Assembly (NCBI GenBank): GCA_049320885.1
Contig: JBMORA010000043.1
Location: 25,566-89,565, forward strand
Length of the DNA stretch: 64,000 nt
Direction of reading: 5' to 3'
DNA from: Thermodesulfobacteriota bacterium
GTDB lineage: Bacteria; Desulfobacterota; Desulfobacteria; Desulfobacterales; SURF-7
In this document: positions 1-10,423 of the stretch, one piece after another
How positions within the stretch are numbered: the stretch's first letter is position 1
How the letters are laid out: each line of letters opens with the position of its first letter
Position numbers and translations under genes: made by a program
Notes under the pieces: model-generated
Database searches by the model: none
What the model was told of the DNA's origin: nothing
The model's input: the letters and a program-made list of their open reading frames with translations, nothing else

Positions 1-24
1 GGCCGGATTTTTTCCGGCCTTTTT
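1..24 (+). terminator. Intrinsic terminator-like hairpin
   Basis: GGCCGGA/TCCGGCC stem followed by a T run; just past the uvrA stop, so possibly bidirectional. Confidence 0.5.
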
Positions 25-41
25 GATGCCCCCCGGCTGTG

Positions 42-2864
42 TTACCGTTTTCCCAGGGCAGCCCGCAAGAATGTCCCGGTATGGGAGGCCTCATTTTGGG
101 CGATTTCCTCCGGGGTTCCGGCGCCCACCAGCCATCCGCCGCCTTCCCCCCCTTCCGGACCCAGGTCAATGATGTAATCCGCGTATCTGATCACATCCAG
201 ATTGTGTTCGATCACAATGACCGTGTTGCCAGCTTCCACCAGCCGCTCCAGCACATGCAAAAGCCTCTGGATATCGTCCACATGAAGTCCGGTGGTCGGT
301 TCATCCAGGATATATACGGTTCTTCCGGTTTCCTTCTTGCTCAACTCCCTGGCCAGCTTGACCCGCTGCGCTTCCCCGCCGGAAAGGGTTGTGGCCGGCT
401 GACCGATATGGATATATCCCAGGCCCACATCCGCCAGGGTTTCCAGTTTTGCCCGGATGGCCCCGATCCGCGCAAAAAACGAGAGGCCCTGATTCACCGT
501 CATGTCGAGAATTTCCGCAATGTTTTTTCCCCGGTACCGGATTTCAAGCGTTTCCCGGTTGTACCGCCGACCGTTGCAAACATCACAAGTCACATAGATA
601 TCGGGAAGAAAATGCATTTCGATCTTTACGATCCCGTCGCCACAACAGGCTTCACAACGGCCGCCCTTGACGTTGAAGCTGAATCTTCCGGACTTGAAAC
701 CGCGGACCCGCGCCTCGGGGGTATGGGTGAACAGATCCCGGATATGGGCAAACAAACCCGTATATGTGCCCGGATTGGAACGGGGGGTTCGCCCGATGGG
801 GGCCTGGTCGATGTGAATGACTTTATCCACCTGGGAGAACCCGCCGGCCTTTTGATACGTTCCGGCCGGTATTCTGGCATGATACAACTGCTGGGCCAGC
901 GCCGGATACAGGGTTTTCAGCACCAGGGAGGATTTTCCCGATCCGGAAACCCCCGTGACGCAGATGAAGCACCCCAGCGGAAATTCCACATCGATCTGTT
1001 TCAGGTTGTTTTCCGAGGCCCCATGAATGGAAAGCCTCGGTCCGTCCGTGGGCCGTCGCCTGGGAGGGGGCGCGATTTGTTTCCTTCCGGAAAAATACTG
1101 ACCGGTAAGCGAATGCTCGTCGTCTAGCATGGCCTGGGGCGTGCCGGTGAAAACCACCTGACCGCCGTGGATTCCGGCCGCCGGCCCCAGTTCCACGACA
1201 TGGTCGGCTTTCATGATCGTGTTCCGGTCGTGTTCCACCACCACCACCGTGTTGCCCATGTCTCTCATCTTGAGCAGGGTTTCGATCAGCCGCTGATTGT
1301 CCCGCTGGTGCAGGCCGATGCTCGGTTCGTCCAGGACATAAACGATTCCGGTCAATTTGGAGCCGATTTGAGTGGCCAGCCGGATCCGCTGACTCTCGCC
1401 GCCGGAAAGACTGGCGGCGGCCCGGTTCAACGCCAGATAATCCAGACCGACGTTATGTAAAAACCCAAGGCGCTCGACGATTTCCTTGAGTATTTTTCCG
1501 GCGATGATCGCTTGCTTGCCGGACAAGGAGAGGGAAGTAAAAAATGCCAGGGCATCGGCTATGGACAGGGCCGAAACCATCGCGATGCCGGCCCCGCCCA
1601 CCAGGACGGAACGGCTGGCCGGGTTCAGACGTTCCCCATGGCAGGCGGGACAGGGCCGAAAGCGGATGTATTGCTTGATTTCCTCACGCGTCTGGTGGGA
1701 GTCGGTGGTTTTGTACCGTCGATCCAGATTCGGTATCACCCCTTCAAATTTCTTCCGATACACCACACGCCGATTGCCCTTTTCGAAATAGAACGGAATC
1801 TCCTGATCCCCGGAACCATACAAGATCACCTCCTGGAATGGCTGCGGCAGGTCTTTGTATGGCGTGTAAATGTCAACCCCGTACTGCAGGGTCAAGGCAT
1901 CCAGGAATTCACCAAAGGCAACCGAATTCCGGTCGCTCCAGGGGCTGACGGCCCCTTCCCGCAGGGATAAATGCGGATTGGGGATAATCAGATGGGGATC
2001 AAACTCGGTGACCGTTCCCAAACCATCGCATTTCGGGCAGGCCCCATGCGGCGAATTGAAGGAAAAACTGGCGGGGGTGAATTCCGGGACGGCGATTCCG
2101 CATTGCGGACACCCCTTTTGGGCATGGAAGCGGAGTTGGCGGCCATCGGAAATGTCCACAACCACCCCGCCCCCGGACTGGGCCATGGCCAGCTCCAGGG
2201 AATCGGCCAGCCGGTTGCGAATGGAGTCCTTGACGATCAGCCTGTCGATGACCACTTCCATGGTGTGTTTTTTTTTCCGGGAGAGCTTTCCCAGCTGTTC
2301 GATTTCAACAATCTCACCGTCCAGTCGGACACGCGCGAACCCGTCCTTTTTCAAGCGGTTGATTCTTTTTTCAAGCGCTTCCGGCTGCTCCGGAGGAAGC
2401 GGCGCCAGAATGATCAGTCTGGTTTTCTCCGGCAGGGCCATCACCTCATCCGTCAGCTGGTCCAAGGTCCGGGATGTAACCGGAATACCGCATTGATGAC
2501 AGACGGGGATTCCGACCCTGGCATACAGCAGCCTCAGATAATCGTGGATTTCCGTTACGGTTCCCACCGTTGATCTCGGATTGTGTCCGGCGACTTTCTG
2601 TTCGATGGCGACGGCTGGAGAAAGGCCTTCGATCAAATCGACATCCGGCTTGTCCAGGCGCTCTAAAAATTGCCGGGCATAGGTGGACAGGGATTCGACA
2701 TACCGGCGCTGGCCTTCGGCATAGAGGGTGTCGAAAGCCAGGGATGATTTGCCGGACCCGGACAGACCGGTTATGGCGACAAGAGAATTTCTGGGAAGAT
2801 CCAGGTCAATATTTTTCAGGTTGTGTTGGCGCGCGCCGCGAATGATAATGGTATCGGACGTCAT
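42..2864 (-). CDS. uvrA: Excinuclease ABC subunit A
   Basis: GARQHNLKN start, two Walker A motifs GxSGSGKSS, LSGGE signatures, Zn-finger CxxC pairs. Confidence 0.99.
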   Translation of the reverse strand: MTSDTIIIRGARQHNLKNIDLDLPRNSLVAITGLSGSGKSSLAFDTLYAEGQRRYVESLSTYARQFLERLDKPDVDLIEGLSPAVAIEQKVAGHNPRSTVGTVTEIHDYLRLLYARVGIPVCHQCGIPVTSRTLDQLTDEVMALPEKTRLIILAPLPPEQPEALEKRINRLKKDGFARVRLDGEIVEIEQLGKLSRKKKHTMEVVIDRLIVKDSIRNRLADSLELAMAQSGGGVVVDISDGRQLRFHAQKGCPQCGIAVPEFTPASFSFNSPHGACPKCDGLGTVTEFDPHLIIPNPHLSLREGAVSPWSDRNSVAFGEFLDALTLQYGVDIYTPYKDLPQPFQEVILYGSGDQEIPFYFEKGNRRVVYRKKFEGVIPNLDRRYKTTDSHQTREEIKQYIRFRPCPACHGERLNPASRSVLVGGAGIAMVSALSIADALAFFTSLSLSGKQAIIAGKILKEIVERLGFLHNVGLDYLALNRAAASLSGGESQRIRLATQIGSKLTGIVYVLDEPSIGLHQRDNQRLIETLLKMRDMGNTVVVVEHDRNTIMKADHVVELGPAAGIHGGQVVFTGTPQAMLDDEHSLTGQYFSGRKQIAPPPRRRPTDGPRLSIHGASENNLKQIDVEFPLGCFICVTGVSGSGKSSLVLKTLYPALAQQLYHARIPAGTYQKAGGFSQVDKVIHIDQAPIGRTPRSNPGTYTGLFAHIRDLFTHTPEARVRGFKSGRFSFNVKGGRCEACCGDGIVKIEMHFLPDIYVTCDVCNGRRYNRETLEIRYRGKNIAEILDMTVNQGLSFFARIGAIRAKLETLADVGLGYIHIGQPATTLSGGEAQRVKLARELSKKETGRTVYILDEPTTGLHVDDIQRLLHVLERLVEAGNTVIVIEHNLDVIRYADYIIDLGPEGGEGGGWLVGAGTPEEIAQNEASHTGTFLRAALGKR

Positions 2865-2882
2865 TCTCTTGGTACCTTTTTG

Positions 2883-3890
2883 CTATCGCGCGGAATTCAT
2901 CGCCTGAACGGCGGCCATGCGGACGGCCGCCATCAGGCTTCCCGGATCGGCGCGCCAGGTTCCGGCGATGTCGTAAGCGGTGCCGTGATCCACGGATGTG
3001 CGAATGATGGGCAGGCCGAGGGTCGTGTTAACGCCGTCGGTGAAATGGATCATTTTGAAAGGGATCAGACCCTGATCATGATACATGCAGACCACCGCGT
3101 CATATGCCCCCTGAAGCGCCTGATGGAACAGCGTGTCGGCGGGAAGCGGACCATGCACGTCAATTCCTTTCGCCGCCGCCATTTCACAGGCCGGAGCGAT
3201 GACGTTGGCCTCTTCTTCACCAAAAAGCCCTCCTTCCCCGGCATGGGGATTGAGGGCCGCCACCGCGATTCTCGGTTTCTCCAGGCCGAAACGGTGAGTC
3301 AGACTCCGCTGGGTGATTTCGATGGTTTCGAGGATCTTTTCAGCCTGAAGCATTCCCGAAACCGCATGAAGCGGCACATGAATCGTCACCAGAACCACCC
3401 GCAGGGTGTCCCCGGCCATCATCATCGCGAACCGGTCGGACCGGGTGCGGGAGGCAAACAGTTCCGTGTGACCGAAAAAGGCGCTTCCGGCCAGTTTCAT
3501 GGCGGCCTTGTTGATCGGCGCCGTCACCACGGCATCGATTTTTCCATCCATGGCCCAGTCGATGGCCGTCGTGATATAGGTCGTCATGGCGCGCCCGGTT
3601 TCCGGAGTCGGCCGGCCCCATTGTATCTGCTCAGGATTCAATTGCGAACCGCTGATGATGTCGACGGAATCCGGGTCGGCCGGAGCCATGGAAAGCTCCC
3701 GGACCTCCCGGAAGATCACCCGGGAATTCAGCCCAGAGGCGACTTTCCGCAACAGGGGGGCGTCGCCGAAGACAACCGGTCTGCATAACCGGAAGAGTTC
3801 TGGCCGCTGCAGGATTTTGACTATAATTTCCGGACCGATGCCTACGGGATCCCCCATGGTGATCCCGACGATGGGATGGGTTGTTTCCAT
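2883..3890 (-). CDS. pdxA: 4-hydroxythreonine-4-phosphate dehydrogenase
   Basis: TMGDPVGIGPE, GHTE, LNPHAGE, MYHDQG, RTSVDHGTA motifs. Confidence 0.97.
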   Translation of the reverse strand: METTHPIVGITMGDPVGIGPEIIVKILQRPELFRLCRPVVFGDAPLLRKVASGLNSRVIFREVRELSMAPADPDSVDIISGSQLNPEQIQWGRPTPETGRAMTTYITTAIDWAMDGKIDAVVTAPINKAAMKLAGSAFFGHTELFASRTRSDRFAMMMAGDTLRVVLVTIHVPLHAVSGMLQAEKILETIEITQRSLTHRFGLEKPRIAVAALNPHAGEGGLFGEEEANVIAPACEMAAAKGIDVHGPLPADTLFHQALQGAYDAVVCMYHDQGLIPFKMIHFTDGVNTTLGLPIIRTSVDHGTAYDIAGTWRADPGSLMAAVRMAAVQAMNSAR

Positions 3891-4697
3891 CTATCCCTCT
3901 TTTCGTTTCGAACCGATGCTGGGTGGTGGCGTACCGATCAAACGCCCCTATTGTACCGTCCATGCCGCTGATTGCAACCAGATATTTCTCACCTCGGCAT
4001 GCCTGTCGGGAATTCGCCATACCCCCGTGAATCATTGGGGAAAATTCCGACGCCGGATGTTCATAACTTGTCGATAGCAACCGGACGACCGTTTCCCGGG
4101 CCTCCTCACGATCGCGCTGATCGCCTCTAATCGGCCGATATCGAGAAATTCGATCATACTATTTTCCATCCAGAACGAATTATCGACGCGGAACACCGGA
4201 CGACCGCCCCGATTCGCAACCCGCCGTGAAAACAAAATATATATATTTTTTTAATAAATTGTATGATTTATATTTTTAACAGGGCAACCCAAAGAAAATG
4301 TTAGCTTTTTATTAGCGATCCCTGGGTTATCTCTGAGGCGTGTTAATATTTCATTTTTCATCGAATTTGGGAGATATTCATAGATTTTTAAAGATATAGG
4401 ATTTATTCAAGATGATGGAATCCGCGTGCATATAGTTAGAATGCTTCCAAAATGCTTCATGTGAAGAAAAACCGTGTTTCTGAATACTTGCATTTTTAAA
4501 TTATTATTTTAATTTCATTTCAAGTAGTTTTATCCGCCATCCGCCCTCCCGGAAAGCGTCTGTAAAACCGAATTTATCCGGTTTGACGGAAAAGACCCGA
4601 TACTCTATTGAAGTGCATCTGCTTTTGAAGGGGCGCTTTCACCTTGGCACTGGATCGATTCCAGGGCAAACCGATTGCTGTCCCCAGAAACATCGTT

Positions 4698-4706
4698 TTA
4701 TACACA
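4698..4706 (+). promoter_or_regulatory. DnaA box upstream of dnaA-like gene
   Basis: TTATACACA matches TTATNCACA, about 60 bp before the start; possible autoregulation. Confidence 0.5.
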
Positions 4707-4763
4707 AAACCAAGTTGATCTGTTTTTGAACCGAACCATCTGAACGCTGAGACGACGAGTTGA

Positions 4764-6152
4764 GTGAGTATGAACGCGACCTGGCAACAAATCAAAGAAA
4801 CACTGAAACTCCGATTGCCCGATCATAGTTATCGGATGTGGATTGAGCCGTTGGAATGTGATCGGTTACAGGACGGACAGATTCGACTGCTCAGTCCCAA
4901 CCTTTTCCAAAAAAAACGCGTCCAGGAAAATTTCGGCGACATCCTGGAAGATGTGATCCACACCGTCACCGGCAACCATTGCGAACTGAGCGTGGTGGTG
5001 CCGGAAAAACAACACCGAACCGAGACCGCGCGTCCGGCCGAAAAGGGGAAAGACAACCCTCCGGGCATGTACCGGCCCGAAAGCCAGCAGGAGCTGCCCG
5101 CATTTGCCTTTCGTCCCCACTCCGGCCGAATGCTGAGAAAAGATTTTACCTTCGACAATTTTGTCGTCGGCGGCAATAACGATTTCGCCTATACGGCTTC
5201 GTTATCCCTTGCCACCCAGAAGAGCTCCACCCAGAAGTCGCTCTTCCTGCTTTCCAACACGGGCCTGGGGAAAAGCCATCTCTCCCAGGCCGTGGGCCAT
5301 CAAATCCTGGCGGACAGACCGCTTGATCGCGTGTATTACATCACGGCGGAAGATTTCGCCATGGAGATGGTCCATGCGTTCCGGCATGATGCCATCGACA
5401 AATTCAAGGAAAAATATCGAACCCAGTGTGATGTGCTGCTGCTGGAGGATATTCATTTTTTGACAGGCAAGGAACGCACCCAGATTGAACTGGCCCAAGC
5501 CCTTGACTATCTTCTGGAGGCAAACAAGAAAATCATTTTCACAAGCTGTTACGCGCCAGGAGAGATCCCCAAGCTGAGCGAACAACTTCGATCCAGATTG
5601 TCCTGCGGCCTCATTTCCAATATCGATCCGCCCGGCTTTTCCACACGCGTGCGCATACTCCGCACCAAGGCCAAGAAAAACGGCCATCAAATCCCGTCGG
5701 AAGTGATCGAGTATCTGGCCGGCGAACTGTCCGAAAATGTGCGTCAGCTGGAAAGCGGTCTTTTCGGCGTGATCGCGAAATCCTCCCTGCTGGGGGCACC
5801 CTACAGCCTTGAGCTGGCTGAAAGCGTGGTGAAAAATATCGTACGTCAGAAAATGACCATCACCGTCGATATTATCAAAGCCCTGGTATGCAAAAATTTC
5901 AGTATCTCCATCAAGGATATCGTATCCAAATCCCGCAAGCAGCAAATCGTCCGGCCGAGACAGATCGCCATTTTTTTGGCCCGGCGGTATACCGACCAGC
6001 CCCTCCAGGTCATCGGCAAATATTTCAACCGCCAGCATGCCACCGCCATTCATGCCATCACCGCGGTTGAAAACGCCCTGAAAAACGGCAACGGCCCTGT
6101 CAAAAAACAAGTGGAGTATCTCTGCCAAAAATTGGAAACCGGCAATTTTTAG
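4764..6152 (+). CDS. dnaA: Replication initiator DnaA family protein, probably a second divergent paralogue
   Basis: FTFDNFVVG, GLGKSHL, LLLEDIHFL, RLSCGL, NVRQLE, RPRQIAIFLAR and domain IV; not next to dnaN/gyrB. Confidence 0.93.
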   Translation: MSMNATWQQIKETLKLRLPDHSYRMWIEPLECDRLQDGQIRLLSPNLFQKKRVQENFGDILEDVIHTVTGNHCELSVVVPEKQHRTETARPAEKGKDNPPGMYRPESQQELPAFAFRPHSGRMLRKDFTFDNFVVGGNNDFAYTASLSLATQKSSTQKSLFLLSNTGLGKSHLSQAVGHQILADRPLDRVYYITAEDFAMEMVHAFRHDAIDKFKEKYRTQCDVLLLEDIHFLTGKERTQIELAQALDYLLEANKKIIFTSCYAPGEIPKLSEQLRSRLSCGLISNIDPPGFSTRVRILRTKAKKNGHQIPSEVIEYLAGELSENVRQLESGLFGVIAKSSLLGAPYSLELAESVVKNIVRQKMTITVDIIKALVCKNFSISIKDIVSKSRKQQIVRPRQIAIFLARRYTDQPLQVIGKYFNRQHATAIHAITAVENALKNGNGPVKKQVEYLCQKLETGNF

Positions 6153-6183
6153 CAGTACCCGAAAATGATTCCGGGATTCGAAG

Positions 6184-7584
6184 ATGAGGGCCATGATGTC
6201 GCCGCTCAGCCATCGGACCTTCCAAAAAATAAGGCAAATCGTCGGCAAGGACCATTGCACACGGGAAAAAGAAGATCTATTGTGTTATGCCTACGACGCC
6301 ACAGCTCGTCATTTTCTGCCGGATGCGGTCGTATTCCCGGGAAGCCGTGATGACATCTCGGCGTTGATGGCGCTCTCCTACGCGGATCATTTTTGTATCA
6401 CCCCTCGCGGAGCGGGCTCCGGGATGACCGGCGGCAGTCTCCCGGTTCAGGGCGGCGTCGTCATGGTGCTGTCCAGACTTAACCGCATCCTTGAAATCGA
6501 TTGCGACAATCTCATCGCCCACGTCGAACCGGGCGTGGTCACCTCCCGCTTCCATCAGGCGGTTGAACAGCTGGGCCTTTTTTATCCGCCGGATCCGGCC
6601 AGTTCTGATTTTTCGACACTCGGCGGCAACCTGGCGGAATGCGCCGGCGGACCGCGGGCCGTCAAATACGGTGTCACCCGGGATTATGTACTCGGCCTGG
6701 AGGCCGTGTTGCCCGGCGGCGCGTGTATCCGCCTGGGGGTTCAAACAGCCAAAGGCGTCGTCGGTTATGATGTCACCAGACTCATTGTCGGATCGGAAGG
6801 CACCCTGGCTGTCATCACCTGCATGACCCTGCGGCTGCTGCCCAAGCCCGCGACCGTCAAAACCATGATCGCCGTCTTCGCGCAAATGGAAAGCGCCGCC
6901 ACCGCCGTTGCGGAGATTCTGCGCCGGGGCATCATTCCCCGCGCCATCGAGTACATGGATAATGCGTCCATCCGTTGCGTGGATACCTATCTCAACAGCG
7001 GGCTGCCGATATCCGCCGGTGCCATTCTGATACTGGAAGTGGACGGCGACATAGAAAGTGTGGAACGATCCGCGGAAAAACTCCGGAAACTGTGTCAGTC
7101 CCAGGGGGCCACGGCTGTTCAGGTCGCCGAAACGGAAGCGGAACGGGCCGCTCTCTGGAAAGCCCGGAAGGCGATATCGCCGGCCCTGTATCAGTACGGC
7201 CCGGACAAAATCAACGAGGATATCGTGGTTCCCAAAAACCGCATTCCGGACATGGTCCGCAAAATCGCCCAATTACAGTCCGAAACAGGATTGACCATGG
7301 CCAGTTTCGGTCACGCGGGGGACGGGAATATTCATGTGAACATCATCCTGGATAAAAAAAACGGAGGGGACCTGCAAAAAGCGGAGACCGCCGTGCATAC
7401 CCTTTTTGATTATACTCTTGAGCTGGGAGGGACCATTTCCGGGGAGCATGGCGTCGGGATAACCAAATCGCCGTATATTGAAAAGGAAATCGGACCGGTG
7501 GAACTTTCCCTGATGAAAGCGATCAAAACGGTTTTCGACCCCAAGGGGCTGCTCAATCCGGGGAAAATATTTCCTGTATCATAA
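6184..7584 (+). CDS. FAD-linked oxidase, GlcD/D-lactate dehydrogenase family
   Basis: PRGAGSG, YPPDPAS, KYGVTRDYV, GHAGDGNIH, SGEHGVG, NPGKI; start may be a few codons later. Confidence 0.92.
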   Translation: MRAMMSPLSHRTFQKIRQIVGKDHCTREKEDLLCYAYDATARHFLPDAVVFPGSRDDISALMALSYADHFCITPRGAGSGMTGGSLPVQGGVVMVLSRLNRILEIDCDNLIAHVEPGVVTSRFHQAVEQLGLFYPPDPASSDFSTLGGNLAECAGGPRAVKYGVTRDYVLGLEAVLPGGACIRLGVQTAKGVVGYDVTRLIVGSEGTLAVITCMTLRLLPKPATVKTMIAVFAQMESAATAVAEILRRGIIPRAIEYMDNASIRCVDTYLNSGLPISAGAILILEVDGDIESVERSAEKLRKLCQSQGATAVQVAETEAERAALWKARKAISPALYQYGPDKINEDIVVPKNRIPDMVRKIAQLQSETGLTMASFGHAGDGNIHVNIILDKKNGGDLQKAETAVHTLFDYTLELGGTISGEHGVGITKSPYIEKEIGPVELSLMKAIKTVFDPKGLLNPGKIFPVS

Positions 7585-7595
7585 CCAATCGAAAC

Positions 7596-7793
7596 TTACT
7601 GCATTATCTCAGAATACCCTTCCGGAAACAGCAGGTCTTCCAGCAAATCCATATGGGCGCTCTGATCTTGTTCAACCGCGCAGCGCAGGCGCAGCACGCA
7701 GTATTTCCGGCAAACCGGATCGGCGACATTGAAATTGCCGAAACACCCCATATGATCATCCAGCTTATCGGATTTACGAAGAATTTTTATCAT
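7596..7793 (-). CDS. Small four-Cys hypothetical protein
   Basis: ATG overlaps suhB stop (ATGA coupling); CFG-x8-C-x3-C-x5-C. Confidence 0.7.
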   Translation of the reverse strand: MIKILRKSDKLDDHMGCFGNFNVADPVCRKYCVLRLRCAVEQDQSAHMDLLEDLLFPEGYSEIMQ

Positions 7794-8578
7794 GTCAACT
7801 GTTGTAACTCCAGCAGGGAAATCATTTCACGATGGATTCTGCCGTTGGTCGCCAGAAGTTCCTGGCTTTCCATTGTGAAGGGTTGATTCGCGAAATCGGT
7901 GATCGCGGCACCGGCCTCACGGGCGATAACGACCCCGGCGGACGTGTCCCAGGGTTTGAGCTGCTGTTCCCAGAAGCCATCAAAACGCCCGCAGGCGACA
8001 TAGCACAGATCGAGAGCGGCCGATCCCAGTCTGCGAACACCCCTTGCCGCCGCCAGGCAATTTTCAAAACGGACCATCAAGGGTTTCAGAATCGTTTTCA
8101 GGCTGTATGGAAAGCCGGTTACCAGCAGGCTCTCCGCAACAGCCGGGGCATCGGAAACATGGATCCCGCACCCGTTCAGCTCCGCGCCTTTACCCTTCAG
8201 TCCGGTGAACAGTTCCCCGCTCACCGGATTCAGCACGACTCCCATGACCAGGTCGCCTCGATATTCAAAAGCGATGGACACGGCGAACAGACCCAGCTGG
8301 TGAGCGAAATTGGTCGTGCCGTCCAGGGGATCGATGATCCACCTGCAGTCTTCGCGCCCATCGGCGCGACCCGTTTCCTCGGCCAGAACGGAATGGTCGG
8401 GAAAATCAGCCTTGATCACATCGATGATCACTTTTTCAGACTCCAGATCCGCTTCCGTGACCAGATCGATGGCCCCTTTTTTGCGGATCCGGGTGATGCG
8501 GCCCAGGCGCTCATGGAGAATCCGTCCGCTCCGGTAAGCAGCCCGGATGCCGACTCTTTTTACGTGTTCCAGGTCCAT
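7790..8578 (-). CDS. suhB: Inositol monophosphatase family protein
   Basis: DLVTEAD, WIIDPLDGTTNF, RRLGSAALDL, KPWD. Confidence 0.95.
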   Translation of the reverse strand: MDLEHVKRVGIRAAYRSGRILHERLGRITRIRKKGAIDLVTEADLESEKVIIDVIKADFPDHSVLAEETGRADGREDCRWIIDPLDGTTNFAHQLGLFAVSIAFEYRGDLVMGVVLNPVSGELFTGLKGKGAELNGCGIHVSDAPAVAESLLVTGFPYSLKTILKPLMVRFENCLAAARGVRRLGSAALDLCYVACGRFDGFWEQQLKPWDTSAGVVIAREAGAAITDFANQPFTMESQELLATNGRIHREMISLLELQQLT

Positions 8579-8696
8579 ATTCGTCGTATGTTTAATATCC
8601 TTTTACGCCCCCTGTCAACCCCAATCGTCCATTTTCATCAATATACGGCATGGATATTCAAATACAAGCCCATGATGTTGTAGTCGGCCGGCTTCT

Positions 8697-10391
8697 TCAA
8701 AAACAATCGGATTCCGGCTCCCCGGAATCGCCTTCCGGGCCGGGAAAAGACGGGCGGCCGGCTTCCGATTTCGAAAGAATCATCTCCTCCATACGTTCGA
8801 TCAGCGGGAGAAGGGAGTGGCGCAGCCGGGCGGAAACCGGAATCCCATCGTAGCGCTTTGCCAGGTTGGCGACATATTCCGGTTCCAGCAGGTCTTGTTT
8901 GTTGAGCACGGTGATCATCGGCTTGGATTGCAGCCCCAGGTCCGACAAAATGGTCTCCACCGCCGCGATCTGTTCGGCATGGCGGGGATTGCTGATATCG
9001 ATCACGTGGAGCAGGAGGTCGGCGTAGGTCAGTTCTTCCAGGGTGGCCCGGAAGGCCACGATCAGTTCCTTGGGGAGGGCGCGGATGAAGCCCACCGTAT
9101 CGGTGATGATGACTTCCAGATCCCGGGGAAACCGCAACCTCCGGCTGGAGGGATCCAGCGTGGCGAACAGGCGGTTCTCCGTCAGGACCTCGCTGTGGGT
9201 CAGGGTGTTCAACAAGGTCGACTTGCCGGCATTGGTATAACCGACAATGGAAATAATCGGCAGCTCCCGTTTACGGCGGCGGGATTTTTGTTGCAGCCGC
9301 TGCTTTTTCAGCAATTCCAGGGAATCCTCCAGCCGGGAGATTCGGTCCCGGACACGCCGCCGGTTGATTTCCAGTTTTGTCTCCCCGGGTCCGCGCCCGC
9401 CGATGCCGCCGGTTAAACGGGACATGGCGGTATTTTTGGTGACCAGTCGCGGCAGCAGGTATTTCAATTGGGCCAGTTCCACCTGCAGCTTCCCTTCCCG
9501 GGACTGGGCGCGTTGGGCGAAGATATCCAGGATCAACTGGGTGCGATCGATGACCTTCAGATCAACCTGGTCGGTGATGGAACGAATCTGGGAGGGGTTC
9601 AACTCCTGATCGAAGACCAAAAGGGTCACGCCTTTCTGGAGCGCCGTCACGACGATTTCCCCCAGTTTCCCCCGGCCCAACAAAAAACGGGGATCGATTT
9701 TCTTGCGTTTCTGGCAGATGCATCCAAGAATCTGGATCCCGCCCGAATGGGCCAACTCCGTCAGTTCCGCCAGGGATTCCTCGGCGTTCTGTTTCGGGGA
9801 TGTCGTCACGCTCACCAGCAGGGCCCTTTCAGAGGAAAAATCCGCGTTGAGCACGGACCCCAGATGGGCGATCTCGGTTTCAAGTGCCCTGAACAGCTCC
9901 AGACAGCCGATGTCCAACCGCTGGACGGGCAGCGGCGGCATGAGATGATACATGGCGGAATCATCCAGGCCGGGCTGGATATGAGCCGTCAGAACATGGC
10001 GGGGCGCTCCGTCCCTGGTGATCAGCACCGCCGCCATCAAATCAAGCCGCAGCAATGCCAGATCCGTCAGATCGTCCTGGGTCAAGGGTTCTTCATTCAG
10101 ATGGGTGTGAACACAGCGCAGCCCTTTCAAGCGGCCCGGCGCGGACCGGTAATCACTGAGATCCGGGATCAGGATTTTCTGGTGATCGCCGATGATGACA
10201 TGTTCGATGTCGCCGCCGCGGCTGATCAGCAAGCCGATTTGCCGTTGAATTTCATGGGAAAGCAGGCAGATGTCCCGGGCCAGTTCCTGGGAAACGATCC
10301 ATTCCGGTCGGGTTTTGCGGCGGTATAGATTTTCAAGCTTGCGCAACTGCTCGGCTTTTAAACCGCCTGTATTTCCGTGGACTTTCTTCAT
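8697..10391 (-). CDS. hflX: GTPase HflX, long form
   Basis: GYTNAGKSTL, LFATLD, DTVGFI, NKQD, GGIGGRGPGE. Confidence 0.97.
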   Translation of the reverse strand: MKKVHGNTGGLKAEQLRKLENLYRRKTRPEWIVSQELARDICLLSHEIQRQIGLLISRGGDIEHVIIGDHQKILIPDLSDYRSAPGRLKGLRCVHTHLNEEPLTQDDLTDLALLRLDLMAAVLITRDGAPRHVLTAHIQPGLDDSAMYHLMPPLPVQRLDIGCLELFRALETEIAHLGSVLNADFSSERALLVSVTTSPKQNAEESLAELTELAHSGGIQILGCICQKRKKIDPRFLLGRGKLGEIVVTALQKGVTLLVFDQELNPSQIRSITDQVDLKVIDRTQLILDIFAQRAQSREGKLQVELAQLKYLLPRLVTKNTAMSRLTGGIGGRGPGETKLEINRRRVRDRISRLEDSLELLKKQRLQQKSRRRKRELPIISIVGYTNAGKSTLLNTLTHSEVLTENRLFATLDPSSRRLRFPRDLEVIITDTVGFIRALPKELIVAFRATLEELTYADLLLHVIDISNPRHAEQIAAVETILSDLGLQSKPMITVLNKQDLLEPEYVANLAKRYDGIPVSARLRHSLLPLIERMEEMILSKSEAGRPSFPGPEGDSGEPESDCF

Positions 10392-10423
10392 AACGGGAAA
10401 GGTCGGCCCTTCGGGCGGGACGG

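Noticed and set aside
4662..4700. c-di-GMP-I riboswitch (GGGCAAACC)
   Set aside because: The GAAA tetraloop and GACGCAAAG elements do not follow
4230..4760. oriC upstream of dnaA
   Set aside because: Only one exact DnaA box seen, no dnaN/gyrB, and the nearby rpsF-dnaB operon would run head-on to a fork starting here; needs skew analysis
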